A stretch of DNA of 64,000 nucleotides, taken from the NCBI GenBank assembly GCA_934432725.1, contig CAKRZE010000013.1:6085-70084 (forward strand), given 5' to 3'. Of the stretch, positions 1 to 10,795 are shown piece after piece. The DNA comes from an uncultured Eubacteriales bacterium. Its GTDB lineage: Bacteria > Bacillota > Clostridia > Oscillospirales > CAG-272. The position numbers and the translations under genes were made by a program. The first letter of the stretch is position 1, and the number at the start of each line of letters is the position of its first letter. Under the pieces are notes generated by a model, which was not told the origin of the DNA, searched no databases, and saw nothing but the letters and a program-made list of their open reading frames with translations.

Positions 1-691
1 GAACGTCTGTGATGGAGGAGACACCGTCATGTTCGTCCGGACCGATGTTCATGAAATCGTCTCCTACATCGCCGCCGACGTTTTTGACTGTCAAAAACTG
101 ACCGGGACCCCAGAAATGGAAGCCGTCCTGATTCTGCGCATACAGCTTGTCGGGAAGATCAAGCCAGACATTTTCAATCAAAACATTTTTGAAATTTCCG
201 ATTGTTGTGGAGAAGGTGCGGAAATTGCGGATGACAAGATCCCTTACGGTGAGATATTCAACGCCGTAAAACTCAAGGGTGAAGATCCAGTGCTCTCCGT
301 GGAAGTTTTCGCGTTCGCGGCTGCCTTCGGGAGCCTGGACATGGTGCGCCTGACGCTTGCAGTCCTGATTGTAGGTTCCGCCCAAAAGGGAGATGTTGCG
401 TGTTTTCCGCTCCTTGAAATCCCACTCCTTGTTGGACACTATGGAGCGGTTGGAATCGGCAAGCTGGAAAAAACCGCAGTCACGGGAAAGGCACTCAATG
501 GTTGTGTTGGAATAGAGATCAAGCCCGCTGACCAGCGCGGCACCGTCCATGATCAGCCAGATGCCGGTTGTTCCGTCTCTGGCTTCATCCAATACAGCCT
601 GAAGCGCCGCAGTGTCATCTGTGCCGCCTCCGGTATAAACATCGCTGTCAAGCTTTGCAACGGAGCTGGCATAAATTCTTTTGTACTTCAT
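1..691 (-). CDS. pectin-lyase-fold (right-handed beta-helix) GH28-related protein; 3' end lies outside the window
   Basis: Absent from the track because it runs off the left edge. Minus-strand ATG at 691-689 follows AAAGGAAAC. Translation MKYKRIYASSVAKLDSDVYTGGGTDDTAALQAVLDEA... carries the GGxDDTxAxQxA motif of Pectate_lyase_3/GH28-related proteins. The + ORF 29..742 is its antisense shadow. Confidence 0.6.
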   Translation of the reverse strand, partial: MKYKRIYASSVAKLDSDVYTGGGTDDTAALQAVLDEARDGTTGIWLIMDGAALVSGLDLYSNTTIECLSRDCGFFQLADSNRSIVSNKEWDFKERKTRNISLLGGTYNQDCKRQAHHVQAPEGSRERENFHGEHWIFTLEFYGVEYLTVRDLVIRNFRTFSTTIGNFKNVLIENVWLDLPDKLYAQNQDGFHFWGPGQFLTVKNVGGDVGDDFMNIGPDEHDGVSSITDV

Positions 692-914
692 GTTCAGGTT
701 TCCTTTCTTTCTGCTCCGCAGGAGGGCGCCATCGGCGCGTAACCGCATGCGGGGCTTTTTTTCTGCGGATTGTTATTTGAGATATGTAACCCTGATTTTC
801 GGTTCTGAGGGAGGCAAAAACGGACGTTTCTGCACTCTTCCCAGTCATTGTAGCACATTTCCCGCTTTTTCGCAAGAAAAAAATATGACGGAGAGAAAGA
901 TACGTCTTCCGGCA

Positions 915-943
915 TCATAATCGACGGAATTCTTTCATAAGAT
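915..943 (+). promoter_or_regulatory. candidate sigma-E-type sporulation promoter of spoIIID
   Basis: TCATAAT, then a 14-nt spacer, then CATAAGAT, about 35 nt upstream of the spoIIID ATG. This resembles the B. subtilis SigE consensus (kmATAww-14-CATACAhT). spoIIID is SigE-dependent in Bacillus. Confidence 0.3.
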
Positions 944-976
944 GAAACAAATCAATCCGAAGCAGGAGTGAATGCC

Positions 977-1252
977 ATGAAGGATATGGAGGCCATATAC
1001 AAAGAGTCCAATGACCGGTGTGTATTGCTGGCACAGTATATTACGGAGCATCATGCAACGGTGCGTACAACTGCCGGTGTATTCGGAATATCAAAATCCA
1101 CGGTACATAAGGATCTGACCGAGAAGCTTCCGCACACGCATCCCGTGCTGTACGGAGCGGTTAAGACACTTTTAGACAAAAACAAAGCAGAAAGGCACCT
1201 GAGGGGTGGAGAAGCGACAAAAAGGAAGTATCTTGCGAAAAAAAAGAGCTGA
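977..1252 (+). CDS. spoIIID: sporulation transcriptional regulator SpoIIID
   Basis: ...TVRTTAGVFGISKSTVHKDLTEKLP...ERHLRGGEATKRKY matches the SpoIIID HTH and C-terminal basic signature. ATG at 977 lies 8 nt after AGGAG; the track start at 968 is a GTG inside the RBS. Confidence 0.9.
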   Translation: MKDMEAIYKESNDRCVLLAQYITEHHATVRTTAGVFGISKSTVHKDLTEKLPHTHPVLYGAVKTLLDKNKAERHLRGGEATKRKYLAKKKS

Positions 1253-1932
1253 AATGCGGGAAAGAAGCCCGCTGTGCCGACAGGATACGAAGAATTCTGC
1301 AAAGGAGCATGCGGTATAATAGCCGCGTGAAGGATCACCGCGCGATCCGTTACAGAGCTGCCGTTTTCCTGTGCTGCGCACAGCTGAGGCGCCTGCGGCT
1401 TGGTTGGCGGTGTCCCGGTACAGCGGTTTCCCCTGACGCACCGCGGGGAAAAGCATATGGCTTTCCTTTGTCGGCATGCACAGGAAAAGTCCGGCGGGAC
1501 GGGACACCTGCGGTATGGCTGATGCACGGAGTCCTTCGGCATGTGCCGGTCGGTACACGAAACAAAGGAAACCGTATCTGAGGCTGTGCCGGACTTGTGT
1601 CTGACATGCGGGCATGGCTGCTCCGGGATCGGTGCCGGTATGTTGCCGCAGCTGCTTTTGTCTGCAAGCTGTTCCGGCTGGCTGATCTGCATTTGTTTTC
1701 AGGATTTTCTCCGGCAAGGCTGTTTTTACCGGAAAAGCCGCGCTGGCAGGCAAATGCAGGCAGAATTTTTTGTCCTGCATCGCAGGGATGCTTCTTTCGG
1801 CTGGAGGCACACCGCGCGGCATCAGGAGCCGGGAGACTGCGGATTACCGCATACAATCAGGTATGCAGCCGCTGAGCGGCTGGCGGAAATATTTTTCAGG
1901 TATTATAAAACAGAGGGAGGTCCGGAACGGGT

Positions 1933-3162
1933 ATGAATTCGGATAGGATGGAGAGCAAAAAGGACTGTATTGCAATGCTGCTTGCCGGAGGGCAGGGCAG
2001 CAGACTTTATACGCTGACGGAGAATACGGCAAAACCGGCGGTTCCGTTCGGGGGAAAATATCGGATTATTGACTTTACCTTATCAAACCTTGTCAACTCC
2101 GGAATCGATACGGTGGGGGTTTTGACACAGTACCAGCCGCTTGTGCTGAATGAATACATAGGAAACGGTCAGACATGGGATCTGGACCGGATTCAGGGCG
2201 GACTGCGCATTCTTCCTCCGTATCAGGGCAAGACCGGCTCCGACTGGTACAGCGGAACGGCAAATGCAGTTTGGCAGAATGCCAACTTCATGGAGCGCTA
2301 TGCACCGGAGGATGTCCTGATTCTTTCCGGCGATCATGTTTACAAAATGGATTACGGACCGCTTCTCGCATATCACAGAAGGCAAAATGCGGACTGCACC
2401 ATCGCATCCGTATGTGTCGCGCCCGAAAGCGCATCCAGATACGGCATTCTGACCGCCGGTCCGGACGGGAGAATCCGGGAATTTGAAGAAAAGCCGGACA
2501 AGCCAAAAAGCTGCTGCGCCTCTATGGGGGTTTACGTGTTCCGGAAGAAAATTCTGCTGGAGTATCTGAAGCAGGATGATGCATGCCCGGAATCCTCTCA
2601 TGATTTCGGAAAAGATGTGATCCCTCATATGCTGTCCATGGGAGAGCGGATGTTCATGTATCCATTTGAGGGGTATTGGAAGGATGTCGGGACGGTAGAG
2701 AGCTATTGGGAGGCGAATATGGACCTTCTCGGGAAGCCGCCGCGGTTTGATCTGCACGACACTGCATGGCGGATTATGTCCGGGGGGCAGCCCCATGTTC
2801 CGCAGTCTGTGGGAAAGGACGGCTGTCTGCGGCAGTGCATTGCGGCGGAGGGCTGTGAAATTGACGGCTACGCCGAGAGCTCTGTGCTGTTTCACAATGT
2901 GAAAATCGGCAAGGGCGCTGTGGTGCGCCATTCCATTCTGATGGATGATGTGACTGTGGAGGCAGGGGCAAAGGTGGAGTACAGTATTCTGGATCGGGGT
3001 GTGACGGTCGGCTCGTGTGCCAGCGTCGGCAAGCCGCGCAATGACGGGGCACGGATCACACTGGTCGGTGCCGGAGCCGTGGTCCGGAACGGAATGAGGG
3101 TCGGAGAGGGCGTGCGTCTGAACGGGAATGCCGTATCCGTACCCGGAGAGGAGGCGGTTTAG
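1933..3162 (+). CDS. glgC: glucose-1-phosphate adenylyltransferase
   Basis: [37 protein letters not shown] plus a C-terminal left-handed beta-helix. It sits upstream of glgD and glgA. Confidence 0.95.
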   Translation: MNSDRMESKKDCIAMLLAGGQGSRLYTLTENTAKPAVPFGGKYRIIDFTLSNLVNSGIDTVGVLTQYQPLVLNEYIGNGQTWDLDRIQGGLRILPPYQGKTGSDWYSGTANAVWQNANFMERYAPEDVLILSGDHVYKMDYGPLLAYHRRQNADCTIASVCVAPESASRYGILTAGPDGRIREFEEKPDKPKSCCASMGVYVFRKKILLEYLKQDDACPESSHDFGKDVIPHMLSMGERMFMYPFEGYWKDVGTVESYWEANMDLLGKPPRFDLHDTAWRIMSGGQPHVPQSVGKDGCLRQCIAAEGCEIDGYAESSVLFHNVKIGKGAVVRHSILMDDVTVEAGAKVEYSILDRGVTVGSCASVGKPRNDGARITLVGAGAVVRNGMRVGEGVRLNGNAVSVPGEEAV

Positions 3163-4302
3163 ATGACCTGCGCAGGAATTATTTTTTCCAATCTGCATGA
3201 CAGAAATGTGGCAGAGCTGACCAAGGTGCGCACGATGGCATCCGTACCGTTTGCGGGCGGGTATCGGCTGATCGACTTTCCGCTTTCCAATATGATTCAC
3301 GCGGGAATCCGGAATATCAGCGTGATCGCGCATGACAACTATCATTCTCTGATGGAGCATATCGGCTCCGGCAAGGACTGGGACCTTGCGCGGCATACAG
3401 GAGGAATCCGCATTCTGCCTCCCTATGCGACGGCATATGCAAGCCCGTGCACGGGACTCTATACCACAAGGCTGGAGGCGCTGAAGGGAATTGTGCAGAC
3501 GGTGCTTGACATGACAGAGGAGCAGGTGGTGCTGTCCGACTGCGATGTGATTTCCAATATTGATCTCGGCAGGATGCTGCGGGAGCATGAGGCATGCGAT
3601 GCCGATGTGACCATGCTCGTCAAGCAGATTTGCCTCCCGGAGGCAGACGGAAGAGGCTGTGTCTACGTCCTTCCGGAGTCGGATGAAAACGGCTGTGTGA
3701 CGGACATCTATGACAGCTCCGCCAATATCCGGGGCTATCACGATGTATGCATGAATATCTGGATCATAAAAAGGAAGATCCTGACAGAGGCGATACTGGA
3801 TGCAATCGCCCATGAATTCAGCAGCTTTCAGCGGGATGTGATTCTCCGAAATCTGAACCGGTGGAACATCCGGATCAGCCGGTGGGACGGATATTATGCG
3901 TGCATCGGCTCAATGGCGGATTATTTTGAAAGATCCATGGCGATTGCGTCCAAGCGTTCGGAACGGGAGGCATTGTTCCGTATTCCGGGGCGTCCGGTTT
4001 ATACGAAGATGTGCAATTTTGCTCCGACCTATTACGGGGACAGTGCAGAGGTCAGCGATTCTCTGATTGCCGACGGCTGTGTGATAAACGGAACGGTTGA
4101 AAACTCGGTGCTTTTTCCGGGTGTCAGGATCGGTTCCCATACCTCCGTGCGGAATTCCATCCTGTTTCAGGACAGCATTACGGGAGAGAATGTTCAGCTG
4201 AACTGCGTGGTTGCCGATAAAAAATCGATTATCCGGGACAACTGCCGGCTGGCTGGACACGAAAAGCTTCCGTTTTATATCGGAAAGGGCATGATGCTAT
4301 GA
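3163..4302 (+). CDS. glgD: glucose-1-phosphate adenylyltransferase regulatory subunit GlgD
   Basis: A GlgC paralogue lacking the GGxGxR loop (IIFSNLHDRNVAELTKVRTMASVPFAGGYRLIDFPLSN). It starts directly after the glgC stop, as in Firmicute glgCD operons. Confidence 0.9.
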   Translation: MTCAGIIFSNLHDRNVAELTKVRTMASVPFAGGYRLIDFPLSNMIHAGIRNISVIAHDNYHSLMEHIGSGKDWDLARHTGGIRILPPYATAYASPCTGLYTTRLEALKGIVQTVLDMTEEQVVLSDCDVISNIDLGRMLREHEACDADVTMLVKQICLPEADGRGCVYVLPESDENGCVTDIYDSSANIRGYHDVCMNIWIIKRKILTEAILDAIAHEFSSFQRDVILRNLNRWNIRISRWDGYYACIGSMADYFERSMAIASKRSEREALFRIPGRPVYTKMCNFAPTYYGDSAEVSDSLIADGCVINGTVENSVLFPGVRIGSHTSVRNSILFQDSITGENVQLNCVVADKKSIIRDNCRLAGHEKLPFYIGKGMML

Positions 4303-5720
4303 AGATTCTGCTGGTCGCGGGAGAGCTGTATCCGTATGCGGCGGTGTCCGGGTTGGGGGAGGAGCTTTGGCAGTATGCCTCGGCTCTTGCCGCACGCGGA
4401 CATGAGGTGAGGGCGATCCTTCCGATGTACGATGCGCAGGACCGGAGCTCCCTCCGGTTTGCGGGAGGCTTTCATATGTCCTTTGCCGGAAAAAATCCGT
4501 ACTGCGGAATATATACGGCAACGGAAAACCGTATGACCGTTTACCTGATCGAGAGCAGCTTTTATTTCAACCGGATGTTTTACTGCGATTCTCATGATGA
4601 CGGAGAACGGTATGCGTTTTTTTGCCGGGCGGCGCTGGCAATACTTCCGGTTGTCGGATTCCGTCCCGATGTTCTGCATGCGCACGACTGGCAGGCTGCC
4701 CTGTGTGTCGTTTATCTGAAAAGATATTTGCAGGGAGATCCTTTTTACCGGGATATCTCGGCGGTATACACCGTTCACAGGATCGCTTTTCAGGGAATCT
4801 TCGACGGAAATAAGCTGTCGCTTCTCGGAATTCCGGAGAAGGATGCATGGATCTTCTGCGGCTGCGGAGGTGTGAACCTGACAGCAGGTGCGCTGATCTT
4901 GGCGGATGCTTTGACAACGGTCAGCGGGCATTATGCAAGGGAGCTGCTCAGTGACAGCGTGTCCTACGGGCTTGGGCGTCTGATGCGGGCAAACTGCGGG
5001 AAGCTTTGGGGGATTCTCTGCGGAATCGATCCGAAGCGCTTTGATCCGGAGAGCGGAATGGGAGGCATTGTGCCGTTTTCAGCGGAGGATTGCCTTGACG
5101 GAAAGAGGGAAAACAAAAAGAGACTGCAAACGCTGTTGGACTGGGAGGCGGACGGAGACGCCGTGCTGCTTTACATCCCCGGACCGCTTTTCTGCGAGAG
5201 AGGAATGGATCAGCTTGCGGAAGCTGCGGTAAAGCTGTTGGGGGACGGCATGCAGCTGATCGTTTCCGGAACAGGGGAGATGCGGTATGCGCATATGTTC
5301 ATGCAGCTTCAGAGGCGCTGTCCCAAGCGGATGCAGTATCTTCCGGACTTTCGTCTGTGCAGTGAGCTTCTTCTGTATGCCGCCTCGGACTTTGTGCTGC
5401 TTGCCCCGAAGCAGGAGCCGTGCGGGAGCGCGCAGATGATTGCCTGCCGCTTTGGTGCTGTGCCGATTGTAAGAGCAACCGGCGGACTTGCCGATGCGGT
5501 ACAGCCGTTCTGCGGGGAAACCGGCAAGGGGAACGGATATCTTTTTTCGGACTTTCATGCTTCTTCGCTGTATGCAGTCGTAAAAAGCGCCGCTTTGAGA
5601 AGGTCGCAGAGAACGGAGGAGCATAGGACGCTGGTACAAAACGCCATGCAAAGCGATTTTTCGTGGAATCGCTGTGCTGCCGAATATGAGAGGCTTTTCT
5701 TAGAGCTGAAGCGGCGCTGA
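4299..5720 (+). CDS. glgA: glycogen synthase (ADP-glucose type, GT5)
   Basis: MKILLVAGELYPYA...GLGE N-terminus and a GT-B C-terminal half. There is a 4-nt overlap with glgD. Confidence 0.9.
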   Translation: MKILLVAGELYPYAAVSGLGEELWQYASALAARGHEVRAILPMYDAQDRSSLRFAGGFHMSFAGKNPYCGIYTATENRMTVYLIESSFYFNRMFYCDSHDDGERYAFFCRAALAILPVVGFRPDVLHAHDWQAALCVVYLKRYLQGDPFYRDISAVYTVHRIAFQGIFDGNKLSLLGIPEKDAWIFCGCGGVNLTAGALILADALTTVSGHYARELLSDSVSYGLGRLMRANCGKLWGILCGIDPKRFDPESGMGGIVPFSAEDCLDGKRENKKRLQTLLDWEADGDAVLLYIPGPLFCERGMDQLAEAAVKLLGDGMQLIVSGTGEMRYAHMFMQLQRRCPKRMQYLPDFRLCSELLLYAASDFVLLAPKQEPCGSAQMIACRFGAVPIVRATGGLADAVQPFCGETGKGNGYLFSDFHASSLYAVVKSAALRRSQRTEEHRTLVQNAMQSDFSWNRCAAEYERLFLELKRR

Positions 5721-5810
5721 GGAGACCTTGCGGAGCGGGACGGGCTTTTCGGTGCGTTTGTTCCGGATATCGGCGGAAAGGTCCGGATGTAGCGCTGCAA
5801 AAAAGAAAAA

Positions 5811-5853
5811 GACTCATACGGCTTGCAAAATGCATAGCCGTGTGGGTCTTTTT
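5811..5853. terminator. bidirectional rho-independent terminator between convergent glgA and the methyltransferase gene
   Basis: 13-bp stem GACTCATACGGCT/AGCCGTGTGGGTC (with G-U pairs), flanked by an A-run upstream and TTTTT downstream. Confidence 0.6.
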
Positions 5854-5963
5854 GTTTCGGAATGCCGGTTTCGGGATAAGGGAGAGCTGCGGCGGGAAAA
5901 CGGCGCGATCAATGCCTGCGGGTGCGGGAAGAAGCTCCGGAAGCATCTGCTGCCACAGTCTGT

Positions 5964-7109
5964 TCACCGCTCGCCGCCCGGGGCGGCATTCTGCCTGCGG
6001 AAAAACTGATAATAGTAGCAGCGGATCATGCCGTTATACAGCCGCCGGATTTTATCGGCTTTTCTGCCGTACAGCCGCTGAAAATCCTCATGAGAGGTTA
6101 AAATATAGATTTGCCATGCATCAAGCGTTTTAAAATGCTTTCCCATGGCGCGATACAGATCCTCTGCCTGCCGTATGCTCAGAAGCCGCTCTCCGTAGGG
6201 CGGATTGCATACGATGGTGCCTCTCCGGTTTTCCGTTGTGACGGTGAGGGCATCCTTCTGAAACACCCGGATGTAGCGGCTCATGCCGGCGCGCTTTACT
6301 GTGTCAGAGGCGATCCGGACGCATTGCGGGTCAATATCGGAAGCGTATGCTTCAAAGGACGGTTCAATGACCTTTGCTTTTGCAGCGTCTCTTGCATCCT
6401 GCCACAGCCGGGCGGGAATCTGGGGGAATGCCTGCGCGGCAAAATCACGGTTGATTCCGGGCGCCGTATGTGTCATTATCAGCGCAGCCTCAATCGCAAT
6501 GGTTCCGGAGCCGCAGAACGGATCCCAGAGAAGGACGTCTTCACGCGGACGCGCAAGCCGCACCATGGCGGCGGCGAGCGTTTCGCGGAGCGGAGCCGCA
6601 ACGCTTTGCGGACGGTATCCCCGCTTGTGCAGCGGCATGCCGGTTGTATCGATCATCAAAGAAGCGGTATCCCGCAGCAGAAAAAACTCCACCTGATAGG
6701 TAACATCGGACTCTTCAAAGTGCAGAATGCCATACTGATCGGAAAGGCGGTCTACGATCGCTTTTTTTACGATCCTCTGGCAGTCCGGGATGCTGAACAG
6801 CCTGCTTTTGACCGAATGCCCCTTTACCGGGAATGCGTCCGGCTGGGCAATCCAGTCTTCCCATGGGAGCGCCCTGACGCCCTCATACAAATCCGTAAAG
6901 GTTTCGGCACGGAAGGACCCAAGCTCAATCAGGACCCGCTCGGCAAAGCGAAGCTCTATATTCATTCTCGGAATTTCGGAAAGAGGTGCGCGGAATATGA
7001 CGCGGCCGTCAACGGTTTGCAGACGTGTGTATCCGAGTGCGTCTATTTCTTCGCCCAGCAGCTTTTCAAGCCCGAATAAGCACGGGGCAACAAATGTACA
7101 GATTTCCAA
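5964..7109 (-). CDS. THUMP-domain class I SAM-dependent RNA methyltransferase (YpsC/RlmL-like)
   Basis: DPFCGSGTIAIEA (SAM motif I) and VCNPPYGERL (NPPY motif IV) follow an N-terminal THUMP-like region. The Arg-rich 55-aa N-terminal extension in the track ORF (to 7274) looks non-coding. I prefer the TTG at 7109 after GGAGA. Confidence 0.85.
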   Translation of the reverse strand: MEICTFVAPCLFGLEKLLGEEIDALGYTRLQTVDGRVIFRAPLSEIPRMNIELRFAERVLIELGSFRAETFTDLYEGVRALPWEDWIAQPDAFPVKGHSVKSRLFSIPDCQRIVKKAIVDRLSDQYGILHFEESDVTYQVEFFLLRDTASLMIDTTGMPLHKRGYRPQSVAAPLRETLAAAMVRLARPREDVLLWDPFCGSGTIAIEAALIMTHTAPGINRDFAAQAFPQIPARLWQDARDAAKAKVIEPSFEAYASDIDPQCVRIASDTVKRAGMSRYIRVFQKDALTVTTENRRGTIVCNPPYGERLLSIRQAEDLYRAMGKHFKTLDAWQIYILTSHEDFQRLYGRKADKIRRLYNGMIRCYYYQFFRRQNAAPGGER

Positions 7110-7595
7110 GGTAATCTCCAATCTGATTTGAATTGCTCCGGATCTGGGTCCGGAGGCGGAAATATGCCGATGTGCGGAAGGCGGCACCGGACGAAAAAGG
7201 ACTTTTCCTGCCCGGCATCCGGTTTCTCTGCGGAAATATGCCGATTTTGCGAAATGCCGTCTCCGCTGCGGCACGGTATTGCGTCAAACGCCTTTGCCGG
7301 CGATCGGAGGAGCGATTTCTCCGTGCGGAAAATGCGGGCGGCGCGGCTGTAACACGGATTTGACGTGGATGAGGTGCGGATAAAACATGAATGTCCCGTA
7401 AATGGAAGAAGTTTTTTGCGCGTCAGGCTTCATTGGATGCCCCAGCCATGTGCAGACACGCTTTTTGGCGCGGCAGTCTGCTGTCTGTACCCGGAACGCG
7501 GAAGTGGCTTTCGGAGTTTGCTTTCACACTTCCGGTGCATGAGCGGCATGTATGGACAGACCTGCTCTCTCAAGCCCGTGCAGGGGCTGTCAGAT

Positions 7596-9155
7596 TCAGG
7601 CTTCGGAATAGGTGAAATACAGGGTGATCAGCGCATAGTCATCCTTTTTGCTGTAAGCGAGCTGCGGCGCCGGAATACGGAGCTCTTCGGCTGCTTCCAA
7701 GAGGAGCTTGGACAGGGCTTTGTCCGTGATCAGGTCGCAAACCGCCTCCCGATAGGGAGAATCGGATGAAAAGCGGAAGCTGAGCATGCTGCGGTGTTCG
7801 GAGAGCGCGGCGAAAAGAAGGGACCCGACGGCGCTTCTGTCATAGCTGTCAAACCACAGACCGTTCCGTCTGAAATAGGTGTCACTGCCGCCGGGGCAGG
7901 CGGGAAGCGGGTAGGAGACGTCCGGTGAATGCGTCAGGAAGATTTCTTCATCCGACATGGCGAAGTACAGATAGCTGATTTTTCCGGTATCCTCTCCGTT
8001 TTCGTTTGTCGGGTCGCCCCAGCAGGCATCCATGTGGTAATAGATTCCGTTCATCCGGAAAACAATCCATGCATGATTGGAGCCGGATGCGGTTCCTGTT
8101 ACAAGGGTTGCCTCCATGCCGGAGGCATGCAATAAGTATTGTGCGGCTTTGGCATAGCCGGTGCAGACGGCATACCTGTCCAGAAGGGCGTTGCAGAGCG
8201 TCTGCGAAACCGGCGGAATCTCCTCCTGCCGCAGGCATTTTTGATAGGTTTCCGTATCATAGCGGGTCTGGCGGATCAGATATTCATAGACGGCAATCGC
8301 TTTCTCATATTCGGAGGCATCGGCGGGGAGAGACTTCAGAAATGCGGCTTTTACTGAGGAAAGCGCGGTCTGATGCGCGGAGATTTCCTCTTCGGTCATA
8401 ATATATTGGAACGAAAAAGCCTTTGTTCCGTCCGGAAACGTATAAAGAATGCCCGCCCCGGTGGTCCAGAAGATTTCGGGGTAATCCGCAAGCACTGCGG
8501 AGATCAGCTTAGTGATTTTATTTTTTGAATATCTTTCCGGGAAAGTGCAGGTGTCCCTTCGGTTTAAAAGCGATTCCAGAATCAGAGTATACTGCTTTCG
8601 GTCGGAATCGGAGAGGGCTTCGTAAGCATAGCGCGGAACGGAGGCTGACAAATCCTCCTCTGACGGAACATAGGGCTGCTCCGCGGGAGCTTCCGTTTCA
8701 GGGGCTTTTGTATCGGAGGAGACTGTTTCGGGCTGCTTTGTGACAGGCGGTGAAATCGTTTCATCGGCTGCCGTGCGCGTTTCGGAAGCTGCAGCACGGT
8801 CTGTCTGCGGCTCCGTTTCCCTTTGTGTGACGGATTCCGGTGCCGTGGAGTTTGCTGCGGACGATGCGGAATGCGCTCCGTCGTCTGTTGCGGGCGGCTG
8901 CTCCGTTTCCGTTCCGGAGCCGCTTTCTTCGGACATGCCTCCTGTTTGCGGAGGGTCCGTATCCGGAGAGGGAGCCGTGATCTCGGCAGCCTCTTTTGTG
9001 CCGGTGTCCGGTGGAAGCACCTGCCAGACAGACGATCTGCGGCAGGCTGTCAGGCAAAGCATAAAAATGAGCGCAAGGCAGAAAACCGCGCCGGGATACG
9101 GCGTGTGCACCGGTTTTTTCGGGAATACAGCACGGAAAGAGGACTTTTGAAGCAT
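7596..9155 (-). CDS. lipoprotein with C-terminal transglutaminase-like cysteine protease domain
   Basis: Lipobox LCLTAC, a Pro/Thr/Glu-rich linker, then CTGYAKAAQYLL...NHAWIVFRMNGIYYHMDACWGDP (Cys-His-Asp transglutaminase core). Confidence 0.75.
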   Translation of the reverse strand: MLQKSSFRAVFPKKPVHTPYPGAVFCLALIFMLCLTACRRSSVWQVLPPDTGTKEAAEITAPSPDTDPPQTGGMSEESGSGTETEQPPATDDGAHSASSAANSTAPESVTQRETEPQTDRAAASETRTAADETISPPVTKQPETVSSDTKAPETEAPAEQPYVPSEEDLSASVPRYAYEALSDSDRKQYTLILESLLNRRDTCTFPERYSKNKITKLISAVLADYPEIFWTTGAGILYTFPDGTKAFSFQYIMTEEEISAHQTALSSVKAAFLKSLPADASEYEKAIAVYEYLIRQTRYDTETYQKCLRQEEIPPVSQTLCNALLDRYAVCTGYAKAAQYLLHASGMEATLVTGTASGSNHAWIVFRMNGIYYHMDACWGDPTNENGEDTGKISYLYFAMSDEEIFLTHSPDVSYPLPACPGGSDTYFRRNGLWFDSYDRSAVGSLLFAALSEHRSMLSFRFSSDSPYREAVCDLITDKALSKLLLEAAEELRIPAPQLAYSKKDDYALITLYFTYSEA

Positions 9156-9377
9156 TCGGATTTCACCGTTCCTTTTGCATGGAGGTTTTCGGAATCCGGA
9201 TGGGACGGAAAAGACGGAAGCACAGCTTCACGGGTCTGTTTACAGGCTGTTCCGGGGCGGCGCTCCCGGACAGACAACGGCTCCGAACCGGATTCCGGAT
9301 AGAATGCAGACTGTCGCTCGGTTCGACAGATTATACCTTTTATTTTAGCACGCACTCTCTCAAAAGTCAATGTTTGC

Positions 9378-9406
9378 TTGACAAAGCGGCGGATTTGTTT
9401 TATAAT
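9378..9406 (+). promoter_or_regulatory. consensus sigma-A promoter
   Basis: TTGACA, a 17-nt spacer, then TATAAT, about 90 nt upstream of the 9493 CDS. Confidence 0.6.
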
Positions 9407-9492
9407 TTTTAACTGTCGGGGACTGCGGCGCGAAGGGCTTAATCCCGCTTTGCGGCGCATTCCTGCTGAAACTTTGTCTGAAGGGGAATTCT

Positions 9493-10782
9493 TTGCGTAT
9501 GGATCAGATGCAGAATATGTATGAGAAGCTTGGAATCGGGCGGAAAACAGTTGCGTTCAGCACACAGGTGCTTGATGAGATCCGGGACCGGTTTGATGAA
9601 ATAGACCGTGTTGCGGAATATAATCAGTATAAGGTGCTGGCTGCCATGCGGGATAACCGCGTCTGTGCGGCGCATTTTGCCGCAACAACGGGGTACGGTT
9701 ACGATGACGCGGGACGGGATACTCTGGAGAAGGTGTATGCATCGTGCTTTCACACGGAGGCTGCGCTGATCCGTCCGCAGATCGTTTGCGGGACGCATGC
9801 GCTTGCCATTGCGCTTTCCGCCAATCTTCTGCCCGGGGACGAGCTTCTTTCTCCGGTCGGAAAGCCGTATGATACGCTGGAGGAGGTCATCGGAATCCGG
9901 GAGTCCAGCTGTTCTCTGAAGGAGTACGGCGTTTCTTACCGGCAGGTGGACCTTTTGCCGGACGGCTCGATCGACTATCCTTCTGTCGCAGCTGCGATCA
10001 ATGAAAAAACCAAGCTGGTCACGATCCAGCGCTCAAAGGGGTATCAGACAAGACCTACATTTTCCGTTGCCCAGATCGGAGAGCTGATCGCGTTTGTTAA
10101 GAAGATCAAGCCGTCTCTGATCTGCATGGTGGATAACTGCTACGGAGAGTTCGTGGAGGAGCTTGAGCCGTCGGATGTCGGGGCGGATATGATCGTCGGC
10201 TCTCTGATCAAAAATCCGGGCGGGGGTCTGGCACCGATCGGCGGGTATATTTGCGGCACGGAGGCGTGTGTCAGCCGCTGCTCCTATCGGCTCAGTGCGC
10301 CGGGTCTCGGTCAGGAGGTCGGAGCCAATCTCGGGCTGATGCCGGCATTCTATCAGGGGCTGTTTTTGGCTCCGACCGTGGTGGCTTCCGCTTTGAAGGG
10401 TGCGGTTTTCGCGGCTGCCATGTATGAACACCTCGGATTTCGCGTGATTCCGGGAAGCAGGGAAGACCGGCACGATATCATTCAGGCGGTGGAGCTTGGC
10501 TCCCGGGAGGGGATGTGTGCATTCTGCGAAGGAATTCAGGCGGCTGCGCCCGTTGACAGCTTTGTGACGCCGATCCCGTGGGCGATGCCGGGATATGACA
10601 GTGAGGTGATCATGGCTGCGGGAGCCTTTGTGCAGGGCTCCTCTATAGAGCTGTCGGCGGACGGACCGATCCGACCGCCGTATGCGGTGTATTTCCAAGG
10701 CGGACTGACATGGTCTCACGCAAAGGTGGGTATTATGATGTCGGTTCAGAAGATGCTGGATGCCGGACTGATTACGCTTTGA
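9493..10782 (+). CDS. methionine gamma-lyase family PLP protein (YnbB / aluminium-resistance-like)
   Basis: The N-terminus ...AEYNQYKVLAAMRDNRV...HFAATTGYGYDDAGRDTLEKVYA is characteristic of the YnbB family. Confidence 0.85.
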   Translation: MRMDQMQNMYEKLGIGRKTVAFSTQVLDEIRDRFDEIDRVAEYNQYKVLAAMRDNRVCAAHFAATTGYGYDDAGRDTLEKVYASCFHTEAALIRPQIVCGTHALAIALSANLLPGDELLSPVGKPYDTLEEVIGIRESSCSLKEYGVSYRQVDLLPDGSIDYPSVAAAINEKTKLVTIQRSKGYQTRPTFSVAQIGELIAFVKKIKPSLICMVDNCYGEFVEELEPSDVGADMIVGSLIKNPGGGLAPIGGYICGTEACVSRCSYRLSAPGLGQEVGANLGLMPAFYQGLFLAPTVVASALKGAVFAAAMYEHLGFRVIPGSREDRHDIIQAVELGSREGMCAFCEGIQAAAPVDSFVTPIPWAMPGYDSEVIMAAGAFVQGSSIELSADGPIRPPYAVYFQGGLTWSHAKVGIMMSVQKMLDAGLITL

Positions 10783-10795
10783 CCCTACAGAGAGA

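Noticed and set aside
29-742. 237-aa ORF on the + strand at the window start
   Set aside because: The minus strand encodes a beta-helix protein with a proper RBS/ATG at 691 and a recognisable GGTDDTAALQ motif. The + ORF is its shadow.
2083-3813. 576-aa ORF on the - strand
   Set aside because: It is antisense to glgC/glgD, Arg/His/Cys-rich, and has no motifs.
7110-7274. 55-aa N-terminal extension of the THUMP methyltransferase ORF
   Set aside because: It is extremely Arg-rich and has no RBS. The conserved THUMP fold begins at ...ICTFVAPCLFGLE, which is preceded by GGAGA-TTG.
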